A stretch of DNA of 64,000 nucleotides from positions 4,139 to 68,138 of the forward strand of contig CALBQG010000027.1 in NCBI GenBank assembly GCA_937899435.1, written 5' to 3'. Numbering within the stretch: position 1 is the stretch's first letter; each line of letters starts with the position of its first letter. Under the pieces are notes generated by a model. The model saw only the letters and a list, made by a program, of their open reading frames with translations, was not told the DNA's origin and ran no database searches. A program made the translations under genes and the position numbers. The stretch is from an uncultured Clostridia bacterium (GTDB lineage: Bacteria > Bacillota > Clostridia > Oscillospirales > Ruminococcaceae). This document shows positions 49,220 through 57,950 of the stretch, piece by piece.

Positions 49220-49980
49220 GGCTCAGACAGGAACGCCGCCGCAAGGAACGTCGCAGGAAGTTGATGCAGCGCAGAGTCATTGCCCTGCTCCTCCTGTTGA
49301 CGATGGCGACCGCCGTATTCTTTATCGTGCGAGCGGCTGGACGCGCCGTATACGCCGTGTTCAACAGCGAGGAGCCGCAGAGCCACTACAGCGAAACGCT
49401 CTACACGCTCCACAACGGAACTCCGGTGAGAGCGGAAGCACCTGCTACAGAGCCGCTGGCGACCTCAGAACCTATCGCGACAGCGGAACAAGCCGCTGAC
49501 AGTGAGCCGACCATTGAGGAGATGCTGGCGAGCGGCTACCTCACGGACGATATTGCGCTGACTTACGATTTACAGCTCGTCGCGAGGGATGCCGCCGAGA
49601 CTTTCAATGTTCCCTACAAGCTCCTGCTGGCGGTGATGTTCCGAGAGAGCAGCTATAATCCACAAGCCGAAAACGGTATATGCTTCGGGCTGATGCAGAT
49701 ACACAAGATGAACTTCGAGTGGCTGGAGGGCGAGCTGAAGGTTTACGGAGTGACCGACATCAAAAACAATCCGGAGGACAATATCAAAGCCGGAGCTTAC
49801 CTGCTGGGCGGCTTCATTGAGAAGTACGGCGATTACCACAAGGCGTTGATGTGCTACAACTGCGGCGAAGGTAGAGCAAAAGAGCTGTGGAGCGAGGGCT
49901 ACACCACAACGCGGTACACGCAGAACGTTCACGAGACGATGAATGACCTGAACGTGGCGGACGATATTACCGAAAGGTAA
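49180..49980 (+). CDS. Membrane-anchored lytic transglycosylase (SLT domain)
   Basis: Arg/Lys-rich N-terminus followed by a TM segment (VIALLLLLTMATAVFFIV). SLT motifs FRESSYNPQA and GLMQI ... AGAYLLG. RBS AAGGGAGAA. Confidence 0.8.
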   Translation: MYQTTPAADYRVMRLRQERRRKERRRKLMQRRVIALLLLLTMATAVFFIVRAAGRAVYAVFNSEEPQSHYSETLYTLHNGTPVRAEAPATEPLATSEPIATAEQAADSEPTIEEMLASGYLTDDIALTYDLQLVARDAAETFNVPYKLLLAVMFRESSYNPQAENGICFGLMQIHKMNFEWLEGELKVYGVTDIKNNPEDNIKAGAYLLGGFIEKYGDYHKALMCYNCGEGRAKELWSEGYTTTRYTQNVHETMNDLNVADDITER

Positions 49981-50098
49981 ATCTTAGCACAAACTTACAA
50001 CAATGTTCAGAAAACGCCTTGCCCAACTGTACAAAGTATACTATAATTATAATGTAGTAGGAGAAATTATAAAGATAGCAAGACTGGAGGGCAAGCAA

Positions 50099-50473
50099 AT
50101 GAAGTTGAAACGCAGCGTTAAGGTCGGGGATGTTATCCAGTTTCCGCACCACTGCTTCTCGGAGCAGCGCAGAGGATGGAATGGATGGATTTTCCGAGCA
50201 GGTATCGTAGATAAGCTCTACACCGACGAACACGGTAAGAAGTGCGCGGTAGTGAGCTACTGCTCCAAGAGAGCAGGAAGATACCAGTTGCTCCCTTGCG
50301 AGATACGCCAGCGCAGAGTTCCGGTCAGTACACTTTTCGAGTTCGATGTTGACCGTGCCGAACGAGACTACAGAGAGTTCAAGGCATACGAAGATGCGGG
50401 TGAGAAGGTCTGCTGGAGCGAGGACACCGCACTGCTCTTAGACAAAGGAATTATTGGAGGTGATATACAGTGA
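50099..50473 (+). CDS. Hypothetical phage protein
   Basis: I chose the ATG at 50099 because GGAGGG lies upstream. The tracked ORF starts at 50003. No recognisable motif. Confidence 0.45.
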   Translation: MKLKRSVKVGDVIQFPHHCFSEQRRGWNGWIFRAGIVDKLYTDEHGKKCAVVSYCSKRAGRYQLLPCEIRQRRVPVSTLFEFDVDRAERDYREFKAYEDAGEKVCWSEDTALLLDKGIIGGDIQ

Positions 50474-50736
50474 TGACCCAGACCAAACTCGGATGCCTCG
50501 ACCCTGTGAGGGCGATGCAGGTCGTGAATGAGGTCTCCGAAAAAACGCAGTACATATTCGCCCCTGAGGAGGTTGTAGAGACAATCCGCTACACCATTCG
50601 GAAATGCGAGTTGAACGGCAAGGACGAGGAATACTTCTACATCCTGCTGGAAAACGAGCTGAGGGACTATCTTATGAGAGCCTACATCAACCTGATGGGC
50701 GAAGAAAACAGAAGGAGGAAATTACAAAATGTGTGA
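50473..50736 (+). CDS. Hypothetical phage protein
   Basis: The start overlaps the upstream stop. No recognisable motif. Confidence 0.45.
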   Translation: MTQTKLGCLDPVRAMQVVNEVSEKTQYIFAPEEVVETIRYTIRKCELNGKDEEYFYILLENELRDYLMRAYINLMGEENRRRKLQNV

Positions 50737-50977
50737 GCTTTGTCACAGAACACCCTGCGATAGCAGATGCCCGAACGCGCCGGAGCCGCCTGCGGTTTAT
50801 ACCTGCAAGATATGCGGCGAGAGCATTGTAGCCGGAGAGGACTACTACGAGATGGACGGCGAGTTCTACCACGAGGAGTGCTTCGAGGATAACGCCGTAA
50901 AAATCCTGATGGACGAGTGCGGCGCGATGAAGGGAGTCGCTGAAGAACCCGAACGAGAGGATGATTACCGATGGTAA
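50729..50977 (+). CDS. Cys-rich zinc-finger-like small phage protein
   Basis: CELCH..PCDSRC followed by CKICGE ... YHEECF (LIM-like spacing) and an acidic tail. Confidence 0.5.
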   Translation: MCELCHRTPCDSRCPNAPEPPAVYTCKICGESIVAGEDYYEMDGEFYHEECFEDNAVKILMDECGAMKGVAEEPEREDDYRW

Positions 50978-51600
50978 CAGTCGGGACATTTCCGGAGCTG
51001 ACATTTGAGGAGAAGCGGCACATCTATCGGCTGAACGGTCTGCCTATTCCGAGCGTCACGACGATTATGAAGCCTCTGTCGGAGGACGTATACGGCGGGA
51101 TAGACCAGCAGGTGCTGAACAGAGCCGCAGCCAGAGGAACTGCGGTACATAACGCCATTGAGAACTATGTGAAGTTCGGTATAGAGGACATCCCTCCCGA
51201 ACACGCGGGTTACTTCGATGCCTTCCTCAAATGGTTCAGCGAACACAAAGTAGTCCCCTATGGGACGGAGGTCAAGCTCTATCATAAAGGTCTGCTATAC
51301 GCAGGGACAGCCGATATGGTAGCCAGCGTAGACGACCTCGATACGCTGATTGACTTCAAGACATCCGCTTCAGTGAGCGAGATGCTCTGCGGAGTCCAGC
51401 TCGAAGCCTATGACAGAGCGGTGGTGTCCCACTATTCGGACACACACTTCGCTCAGAAGGCTATAGTCCATCTCAGGAAGGACGGAGAGTATCAGATGAT
51501 ACCGTTCCGGTCCACCGAGACGGAGTGTTGGAGAGTTTTTACGGCACTTTTGACCGTCAGAAACTATAAACAAAAATTCAAACGAGGAGGTTCGCAATGA
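50971..51600 (+). CDS. PD-(D/E)XK family nuclease (phage recombination exonuclease)
   Basis: GTAVHNAIENY, then GTADMV ... LIDFKTS (the D ... (D/E)XK arrangement). It lies upstream of the annealase gene. Confidence 0.65.
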   Translation: MVTVGTFPELTFEEKRHIYRLNGLPIPSVTTIMKPLSEDVYGGIDQQVLNRAAARGTAVHNAIENYVKFGIEDIPPEHAGYFDAFLKWFSEHKVVPYGTEVKLYHKGLLYAGTADMVASVDDLDTLIDFKTSASVSEMLCGVQLEAYDRAVVSHYSDTHFAQKAIVHLRKDGEYQMIPFRSTETECWRVFTALLTVRNYKQKFKRGGSQ

Positions 51601-52316
51601 ACGAGAACGAAACCACAGTAGCCGTTATAAGCGCGGCAGAGGTCGAACAGACCGAACAGGAGCAGGTACTCAGTCGGGCGGTGAGCGAGATTGAGTTTCA
51701 AGCCGGAGCGATTATCATTGACAACGAGCAGGACTACCAGAACGCCGCTTCCTTCGGTCGTATGCTGAAGCAGAAGTCCTCCGATGTCAAGGAGTTCTGG
51801 AAGCCGATGAAGGATGCCGCTCACAGGGCGCACACCGAAATCTGCAACAGAGAGAAGGCGATGCTCCAGCCGCTCGTCAATGCTGAGAAAATCCTGAAGG
51901 AGACGATGGGTGCATACGTTGCCGAGCAGGAGCGCAAGCGCAGGGAGGCTGAGGAAGCCGCCAGAAAAGCCGCCAGAGAGGAAGCCGACCGCAAGTTGCA
52001 GGAAGCCATTGAGCTGGAGGACAAGGGCGACAAGGTCACGGCAGCCGCCGTAATCGAGGAAGCCGAGATTATGGACGAAGCCGCAGCGACCGTAGCCGTT
52101 GCCGCAGAAAAGCCGAAAGCCAGCGGAGTCGCTACCAAGAAGGATTGGAAGATTACGTCGGTTGACAGCTCGAAGGTTCCCACGTCGGTAGCCGGAGTTG
52201 AAATCAGACCCGTCGATATGGCAGCTGTGATGCGTCTCATCCGGATGTCTAAGGGCAAAATCCACATTGATGGCATTGAGTACGAGGAAACCGTACAGAT
52301 GAGCTTCCGCAAGTGA
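51597..52316 (+). CDS. Siphovirus Gp157-like coiled-coil protein
   Basis: Central charged coiled coil (EQERKRREAEEAARKAAREEADRK) and a C-terminal segment ending in SFRK. Position immediately upstream of a Bet/RecT gene, as in dairy streptococcal phages. Confidence 0.4.
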   Translation: MNENETTVAVISAAEVEQTEQEQVLSRAVSEIEFQAGAIIIDNEQDYQNAASFGRMLKQKSSDVKEFWKPMKDAAHRAHTEICNREKAMLQPLVNAEKILKETMGAYVAEQERKRREAEEAARKAAREEADRKLQEAIELEDKGDKVTAAAVIEEAEIMDEAAATVAVAAEKPKASGVATKKDWKITSVDSSKVPTSVAGVEIRPVDMAAVMRLIRMSKGKIHIDGIEYEETVQMSFRK

Positions 52317-52367
52317 GTATCAAACTAAGTATCAAGCTAACTGAAGCTAAGCACAGGAGGAATTACA

Positions 52368-53267
52368 GTGAGTACAGCATTGAGTAAGGCAGAACAGAAC
52401 GCGCTCGTAGTGAGCTACGATGTCCTCGGTTCGCACGTCGAACTGGACCTCGCGTTCGTCAAGAAGTACCTCGTCAGAGGGCGGTCGGAGCTGACTACCG
52501 ACCAAGAGCTGGTGTTCTTTATGAACACCTGCAAGATGCAGAACCTCAACCCGCTCGTGAGCGGTGAGGTCTATCTCATCAAGTACAGCAAGGATGAACC
52601 CGCACAGATGGTGGTCGGCAAGGACGCATATCTCCGCAGGGCGTTCAACAATCCCGACTATCTGTTCAAGAACGACGGTATAACGGTACAGCGCGGAAAC
52701 AATATCGTCCAGAAAGAAGGCTGCTGCCTTTATCCGAGCGAAGTCCTTATCGGGGGCTGGTGCAGAGTGACTTTCCTGCGAGGCGGTAAGGAGCGGACGG
52801 CGTTCAAGGAAGTCTCTCTTCAGGAGTACAACAAGAATATGGCGAACTGGAAGTCCAAGCCCGCCACGATGGTGAACAAGGTCGCGGTGAGCCAGTGCGT
52901 CAGAGATGCCTTCCCGAAGGATTACGAGGGAGTATACAGCGAGGAGGAGATGGTAGCCTCTGGCGCAATCCCTGCCGAGTATACGGAAGTGACCGATGCC
53001 CCGCAGGTGAACAGCAATGAGACGATTGTGATGGAGGATGACCCCGATGCCACGAACGAGCAGAAGCAGGAGCTTTTCAGGGCGGCGAGAAAGCACTTCC
53101 CTGAAAACGCAAACGATGTGGTCAAGGGTATCATTCAGGGACTCGGTTTCCAGAGTACGACAGGAATGAAGGTTTCGGATGTCGTCAAGGCGATGGCAGA
53201 CCTTCAGGAGCTGATTGATAACTCTGAGCAGCCTTCCGAAAATGCCGAAGAACCCAGCGCACAGTAA
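52368..53267 (+). CDS. Single-strand annealing protein, Bet/RecT (Red-beta-like) family
   Basis: CKMQNLNPLVSGEVYLIKY ... LIGGWCRV ... WKSKPATMVNKVAVSQCVRDAFP pattern. GTG start after AGGAGG. Confidence 0.7.
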   Translation: MSTALSKAEQNALVVSYDVLGSHVELDLAFVKKYLVRGRSELTTDQELVFFMNTCKMQNLNPLVSGEVYLIKYSKDEPAQMVVGKDAYLRRAFNNPDYLFKNDGITVQRGNNIVQKEGCCLYPSEVLIGGWCRVTFLRGGKERTAFKEVSLQEYNKNMANWKSKPATMVNKVAVSQCVRDAFPKDYEGVYSEEEMVASGAIPAEYTEVTDAPQVNSNETIVMEDDPDATNEQKQELFRAARKHFPENANDVVKGIIQGLGFQSTTGMKVSDVVKAMADLQELIDNSEQPSENAEEPSAQ

Positions 53268-53322
53268 GTACGGTCTGGCGGCGGGAGCGATACCTGCCGC
53301 CAGAAAGAAAGGCAGGTGATAC

Positions 53323-54162
53323 ATGGTGGCACTCAGAGACCAACCGTACATTCCGCTCTATGTTCTGGACTTTCTGTCGGATGAAAAGCTGCGGGAGTGC
53401 AGTGCCGAAAGTGTCGGCGTATACATTATGCTGATGTGCGTCCTGCACAAGCAGAAGGAGTATGGAGCGATTTCACTATCTCGCAAGGATGTCAAGAGCC
53501 AAGACCCCATATCGAACTTCGCAGTGAAGCTGGCGTTGCACATTCCGTTCGACCCTGAGACGATTGAAAGGTCGCTGAGGGAACTGATAGACCGAGACGT
53601 GATACAGCTCGAAGGCGACCGCCTCTGGCAGAAGCGGATGCTGAAGGACGGACAGATAAGTGAGGCGAGAGCTTCCGCAGGAAAGAAGGGAGCCGCCGCG
53701 AGATACGCCCCGAAGGAAGAAAATGACGGTGAAAATGATTTTGCCATAGCAAAACCTATGGCAAATGATATAGCAAACACTATGGCAAACGCCGAAAACA
53801 CGCCTGAGCCGGAGAAAATCGAGGAAGTTCCTGAAAAGAAGCCGCTTATTGAAGAACGCTTCGATGAGTTCTGGAAAGCCTATCCCCGCAAGTCCAGCAA
53901 AGGCAGCGCGAAGAAGGCGTGGAAAAGAATCGCTCCAACGCAGGAGCTGTTCGACAAGATTATGTCGGCACTGTCGGCGGCGAAAAACTGCGAACAGTGG
54001 AAGAAGGAGCGCGGGCAGTTCATTCCATATCCTGCCACATGGCTCAATCAGGAACGGTGGGAGGACGATTACGGCGTTCCTGCGGTAGACAGTGGGAAGA
54101 AGCAGCCGCCAGCCGATTTCAACCCAGACGACCCATACGCGAATTGGGGTGAGGAAAAATGA
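53323..54162 (+). CDS. DUF1376 (YdaU-like) phage replication protein / replisome organiser
   Basis: N-terminal YIPLYVLDFLSDEKL...ESVGVYIMLM pattern and C-terminal FDEFWKAYPRK..KG.A.KAW motif. It is followed by a helicase-loader gene. Confidence 0.6.
   Translation: MVALRDQPYIPLYVLDFLSDEKLRECSAESVGVYIMLMCVLHKQKEYGAISLSRKDVKSQDPISNFAVKLALHIPFDPETIERSLRELIDRDVIQLEGDRLWQKRMLKDGQISEARASAGKKGAAARYAPKEENDGENDFAIAKPMANDIANTMANAENTPEPEKIEEVPEKKPLIEERFDEFWKAYPRKSSKGSAKKAWKRIAPTQELFDKIMSALSAAKNCEQWKKERGQFIPYPATWLNQERWEDDYGVPAVDSGKKQPPADFNPDDPYANWGEEK
53746..53793 (+). repeat. Four tandem 12-bp units (ATrGCAAAnnnn), candidate origin iterons inside the replication gene
   Basis: ATAGCAAAACCT ATGGCAAATGAT ATAGCAAACACT ATGGCAAACGCC, contiguous and read directly from the sequence. 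Confidence 0.6.
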
Positions 54163-55058
54163 GCGAGAAAGAACTTGCGCCATTCGCGGTGGTAGCCGCG
54201 AGGATTATAGCGGACGCGACCGCAAAGCAGGAGAAAAACGTCACGGACTACATAGACCCGAACGACGGACTTCTTCACTGCGGTGTCTGCCATACACCGA
54301 AACAATGCAGGGTCAACCTGCCCTGTCTGAACAAAGATGACGGCACACGGGAGTTTATCGCGCCGTGCATCTGCCAGTGCAAGAAGGACGAGATTGCCGC
54401 CGAGGAGCGCAGGAAGAAGGAATTGGAGGACATGGCTCTCATCGAAAAGCTGAAATCAAGAAGCCTGATGGATGAGAAGTTCAAGTCGCAGACATTCGAT
54501 ACCTTCCGCACTACCAAGGAAAATGGTCGAGTGCTCCGGCTCTGCAAACGATACGCCGATGGCTTTGACGAGATGGTAGAAAAAAATCAGGGGCTACTGT
54601 TCTATGGCGACGTTGGAACGGGCAAAACCTTTTCGGCGGCGTGTATCGCGAACGCCCTTTTGAGCCGGAAGATACCAGTCGTGATGACCTCGTTCGTGAA
54701 GCTGCTGGAAAACGCCCAGAACTTCAAAGAGGACGAGGACAAGCTGATATACAGACTCAATCAGGCGAAGCTGCTTATCATAGACGACCTCGGAGCTGAG
54801 AGAAGCACAGACTTCGCGCTGGAGAAAGTCTACAACATCGTGGACAGCAGATACAGAGCCAGACTTCCGATGATACTTACGACAAACCTCGAACTCAGCG
54901 ATATGCAGAGGGCAAGCGATATACGATACAGCCGGATATACGACCGAATCTTTGAGGTCTGCTATCCGGTGAGGTTCACAGGTTCTTCGTTCCGCAAACT
55001 TGAAGCCAAGAAGCGGTTCGATGAAATGAAATCCTTTTTGGAGGGCGACGATGAGTAA
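54159..55058 (+). CDS. DnaC/IstB-like AAA+ helicase loader with N-terminal Cys-rich region
   Basis: Walker A GDVGTGKTF, Walker B LLIIDDLGAE, and an N-terminal CGVCH...C.C.C cluster. Confidence 0.8.
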   Translation: MSEKELAPFAVVAARIIADATAKQEKNVTDYIDPNDGLLHCGVCHTPKQCRVNLPCLNKDDGTREFIAPCICQCKKDEIAAEERRKKELEDMALIEKLKSRSLMDEKFKSQTFDTFRTTKENGRVLRLCKRYADGFDEMVEKNQGLLFYGDVGTGKTFSAACIANALLSRKIPVVMTSFVKLLENAQNFKEDEDKLIYRLNQAKLLIIDDLGAERSTDFALEKVYNIVDSRYRARLPMILTTNLELSDMQRASDIRYSRIYDRIFEVCYPVRFTGSSFRKLEAKKRFDEMKSFLEGDDE

Positions 55059-55230
55059 AATCGAGATTTTCACGGAGCAGGACCGTTTGACGGTCGCGTC
55101 GATACTCGTGAAGAACGGCTACACGGTTCGACAGCTCAGAGAGCGAGTAGAAGGCAAGCGAAGCTACCTCTACTACCTCGAATACAGCAAGCCGAAGAAA
55201 TCCGCAGGAGAGGAGGACGAAAGAGAATGA
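55051..55230 (+). CDS. Hypothetical small phage protein (59 aa); not in the ORF track
   Basis: The ATG overlaps the dnaC-like stop. My translation is MSKIEIFTEQDRLTVASILVKNGYTVRQLRERVEGKRSYLYYLEYSKPKKSAGEEDERE. Its stop overlaps the next ATG. Confidence 0.4.
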   Translation: MSKIEIFTEQDRLTVASILVKNGYTVRQLRERVEGKRSYLYYLEYSKPKKSAGEEDERE

Positions 55231-55439
55231 ACGCAGTCACACAGAGGCAGCAGGTGCTGGCACACCTTCAGCAGGAAGGCAGCATTACGTCGTGGGAAGC
55301 TATCACGCTGTTCCATGCCACTCGGTTATCCGGCATTATATTCAGCCTGAAAAAGAGCGGCTACCCTATCGTTTCCACGATGGAAACGAACGGCGATAAG
55401 CGGTACGCAAGGTACACGCTCGTGAGGAACGCGCAATGA
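55227..55439 (+). CDS. Small winged-helix/HTH phage protein
   Basis: The 70-aa protein shows the pattern QQVLAHLQQEGSITSWEA...RLSGIIFSLKKSGYPI. Confidence 0.5.
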   Translation: MNAVTQRQQVLAHLQQEGSITSWEAITLFHATRLSGIIFSLKKSGYPIVSTMETNGDKRYARYTLVRNAQ

Positions 55440-55969
55440 AAACTACTCAGCTCAGATGGAACGCCGATATGGACGGCACATGGCTCTGCGCACTCGTTTC
55501 TCAGGAGGACGCGATGTTCGCACTGGAGAACTTTGAGCAAGGCAAGGTCTACAACCTCGAACTGAAAAAGGCGAGAGGGAGAAAGAGAAGCCTTGACTCG
55601 AACGCCTACTGCTGGGTGCTGATGGACAAACTCGCGGCATACTACAGAGTTCCCGTTTCGGAGGTCTATCGGAACTTCGTGAGGGAGATAGGCGGTAATT
55701 CGGAGATAATCTGCATGATGAACCGAGCCGTGGAGGTGTTCTGCCGGAGCTGGGAGAGAAACGGTCTCGGATGGCAGACGGAGGTGCTTCCCTCAAAAAT
55801 CGAAGGATGCCAGAACGTCAAGGTCTACTATGGCTCGTCTACTTACGATACGGCGCAGATGTCACGGCTGATTGATTTAGTCGTGCAGGAGTGCAAGGAC
55901 GCTGGTATAGAAACCCTACCGCCCGAAGAACTGCGAAGCCTGATGGCGCAGTGGGAAGGACGGTGCTGA
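55436..55969 (+). CDS. NinB/Orf-like recombination protein (tentative)
   Basis: RKRSLDSNAYCWVLMDKLA resembles the lambda NinB RSLDQNRKLWA segment. Weak, motif-level only. Confidence 0.35.
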   Translation: MKTTQLRWNADMDGTWLCALVSQEDAMFALENFEQGKVYNLELKKARGRKRSLDSNAYCWVLMDKLAAYYRVPVSEVYRNFVREIGGNSEIICMMNRAVEVFCRSWERNGLGWQTEVLPSKIEGCQNVKVYYGSSTYDTAQMSRLIDLVVQECKDAGIETLPPEELRSLMAQWEGRC

Positions 55970-55971
55970 CA

Positions 55972-56520
55972 GTGGAATGCTGGAAAAATATAAACGGATA
56001 TGAAGGCATTTATGAAGTTAGCAACTTGGGGCGAGTTCGGTCTGTCAAGAGAACCTTTCTTACAAATAACTGCCACGGAGGAAGAACGCCAAGAACCTTC
56101 AGTGAGAAAATAATGAAGCCGGTTGATAACGGAAACGGCTATCAGTATGTCAAACTTAGCTATGACGGCGGCAGGAGAAACCGCTATATACACCGACTGG
56201 TTGCCGAGGCGTTCTGTGATAACCCGCACGGTTACAACGAAGTGAACCACAAGGACTTCGACAAGCATAATAATAACGCCGAAAATTTGGAGTGGTGTGA
56301 AAGAGAATACAACGTCAATTATTCAGCAGGAAAAATGAGAAAGCCCAAAAGTTCCTGCAAAAAGACTAATACTGGAATTAAGTATATCTCTTTGAGAACA
56401 GTCAAAGGGCGTAAGCCAGTGTTTAGAGTTAACGTCAGGCAAAAAAATGTGTGTAAGCAATTCAAGACACTAAGTGAGGCAAGGAGGTTTTTGGAGGAGG
56501 TGATGAAAGATGGCGTATAG
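55972..56520 (+). CDS. HNH homing endonuclease (NUMOD4 + HNH_3 + AP2-like DNA-binding tail)
   Basis: WKNINGYEGIYEVSNLGRVRS (NUMOD4), VNHKDFDKHNNNAENLEW (HNH), and a C-terminal AP2-like GIKYIS...FRVNV...KQFKTLSEA. A GTG start at 55972 is proposed. The tracked ORF starts at 55891 inside the upstream gene. Confidence 0.8.
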   Translation: MECWKNINGYEGIYEVSNLGRVRSVKRTFLTNNCHGGRTPRTFSEKIMKPVDNGNGYQYVKLSYDGGRRNRYIHRLVAEAFCDNPHGYNEVNHKDFDKHNNNAENLEWCEREYNVNYSAGKMRKPKSSCKKTNTGIKYISLRTVKGRKPVFRVNVRQKNVCKQFKTLSEARRFLEEVMKDGV

Positions 56521-56812
56521 ATATTGCTTTTTGTGTGGCAAGAACGGTCAGTCGGACCGATTAGAGCGTCATCATTAGCACATTTTCGGCGGACCTTACA
56601 GGAACCTATCAGAGAAGTACAAGCTGGTGGTGTATCTCTGCGGAGACCGCTGCCACAGGAACGGTCCGAAGGCGGCGCACCGAAACGCCGAGACGATGGC
56701 GTTCTTACACGCATATGGACAAAAGAAGGCTATGAAGGAGCAAGGCTGGACGGTAGACCAGTTCCGTCAGGTCTTTGGGAGAAACTATCTGGAGGATGAC
56801 GATGAGAGCTAA
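56510..56812 (+). pseudogene. Small HNH/zinc-finger-like phage gene interrupted by an in-frame TAG at 56576-56578
   Basis: The continuous frame reads MAYRYCFLCGKNGQSDRLERHH(TAG)HIFGGPYRNLSEKYKLVVYLCGDRCHRNGPKAAHRN... The CxxC..HH half and the C..C.H half lie on either side of the stop. Confidence 0.55.
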
Positions 56813-57233
56813 GTTTATCGTAGCTGGAGAGCCACACGGAAAAGGCAGACCGCAGTTCAGCACATACGGCGGTCACGTTCACGCGAGGACCCCGCAAAAG
56901 ACAGTTGTTTACGAAAACCTTGTGCGGCTGGAGTACCAGCGGCAATGCGGCAAAATACGGTTCGCGGACGACGCGATGCTGCGGGTGGAGATAAACGCCT
57001 ACTACAGCATTCCGGCTTCCAAGAGCAAAAAGCAGAAAGCGGCGATGGCAGAAGGAACTGTCCGACCGAGGAAAAAGCCCGACTGTGATAACGTGGTCAA
57101 GTCGGTGCTTGATTCCCTCAATTCCATCGCATATCACGACGACGTGCAGGTGGTCGATGTGTCGCTCAGCAAGTGGTACAGCGACGCGCCGAGAGTCGAA
57201 GTTGAAATCACGGAAATCTCCGGCAGCCTATAA
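56802..57233 (+). CDS. rusA: RusA family crossover junction endodeoxyribonuclease
   Basis: GEPHGKGRP ... KPDCDNVVKSVLDSLN.IAYHDD pattern. The ATG at 56802 is 6 nt after GGAGG. Confidence 0.85.
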   Translation: MRAKFIVAGEPHGKGRPQFSTYGGHVHARTPQKTVVYENLVRLEYQRQCGKIRFADDAMLRVEINAYYSIPASKSKKQKAAMAEGTVRPRKKPDCDNVVKSVLDSLNSIAYHDDVQVVDVSLSKWYSDAPRVEVEITEISGSL

Positions 57234-57356
57234 CGGCGCAGGAGGGCGTATAACGAGCGTTCACAACCGAGCAGGTCTTTAGTCCTTTGAGCCGTTTGGC
57301 AAGGATATAGGCAGTCTCTCGGATGTAATATCAAACAAATACAAGGAGGCAAGGCA

Positions 57357-57545
57357 ATGGAAATCACAACCACAATGACACTGGAGGTCACGGTAGTCGA
57401 AAAGCAGAAGCCGGAGGCGGTTCTTCCGTTCGGGGCTTCTGACGAGAACGAGCTGGCGAAGCTGATGAAGGAACGTCTGGACTGCGACGACCTTCACATC
57501 GAGAATCTCAAACAGTTCCAGCTCGATAAGGAGGAAGCCAAATGA
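57357..57545 (+). CDS. Hypothetical small acidic phage protein
   Basis: The 62-aa ORF follows AAGGAGG. Its stop overlaps the ssb start. Confidence 0.45.
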   Translation: MEITTTMTLEVTVVEKQKPEAVLPFGASDENELAKLMKERLDCDDLHIENLKQFQLDKEEAK

Positions 57546-57937
57546 ACAAGGCGTGTCTGACAGGGCGTATCACAAGAGACCCTGAACTCAAAGTCACTCC
57601 GAGCGGTATCTCGGTCTGCTCCTTCTCTGTGGCGGTTGACCGCCCCGGCACGAAGGACAAGGTAGACTTTCTGGACTTCATCGCGTGGAGAGCGTCAGCG
57701 GAGTTCGTGAGTAAGTATTTCAAGAAGGGCGACGGCATTGAAATCGAAGGACATATCACCACGCGCAGCTATGAGGACAAGAACGGCAACAAGCGCAAGG
57801 CGGTCGATATTGTTTGTGACTCGATTTCATTCCCGAAATCCAAGAAACATTCGGAAGGCGGCGCGGGTACGACCGCAGAGCCGCAGCAGGGGGCAAACTT
57901 CGAGGAACTCCCTGACGACGAAGAATTGCCGTTCTGA
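57542..57937 (+). CDS. ssb: Single-stranded DNA-binding protein
   Basis: OB-fold N-terminus (NKACLTGRITRDPELK.T.SG) and an acidic C-terminal tail DDEELPF. Confidence 0.92.
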   Translation: MNKACLTGRITRDPELKVTPSGISVCSFSVAVDRPGTKDKVDFLDFIAWRASAEFVSKYFKKGDGIEIEGHITTRSYEDKNGNKRKAVDIVCDSISFPKSKKHSEGGAGTTAEPQQGANFEELPDDEELPF

Positions 57938-57950
57938 GGAGGTAAACGCA

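Noticed and set aside
53275-53303. An 8-bp GC hairpin (ctggcggc / gccgccag) upstream of the replication-organiser gene.
   Set aside because: It is not followed by a U-run and has a 13-nt loop. It could be a weak attenuator or a processing site, but there is no further support.
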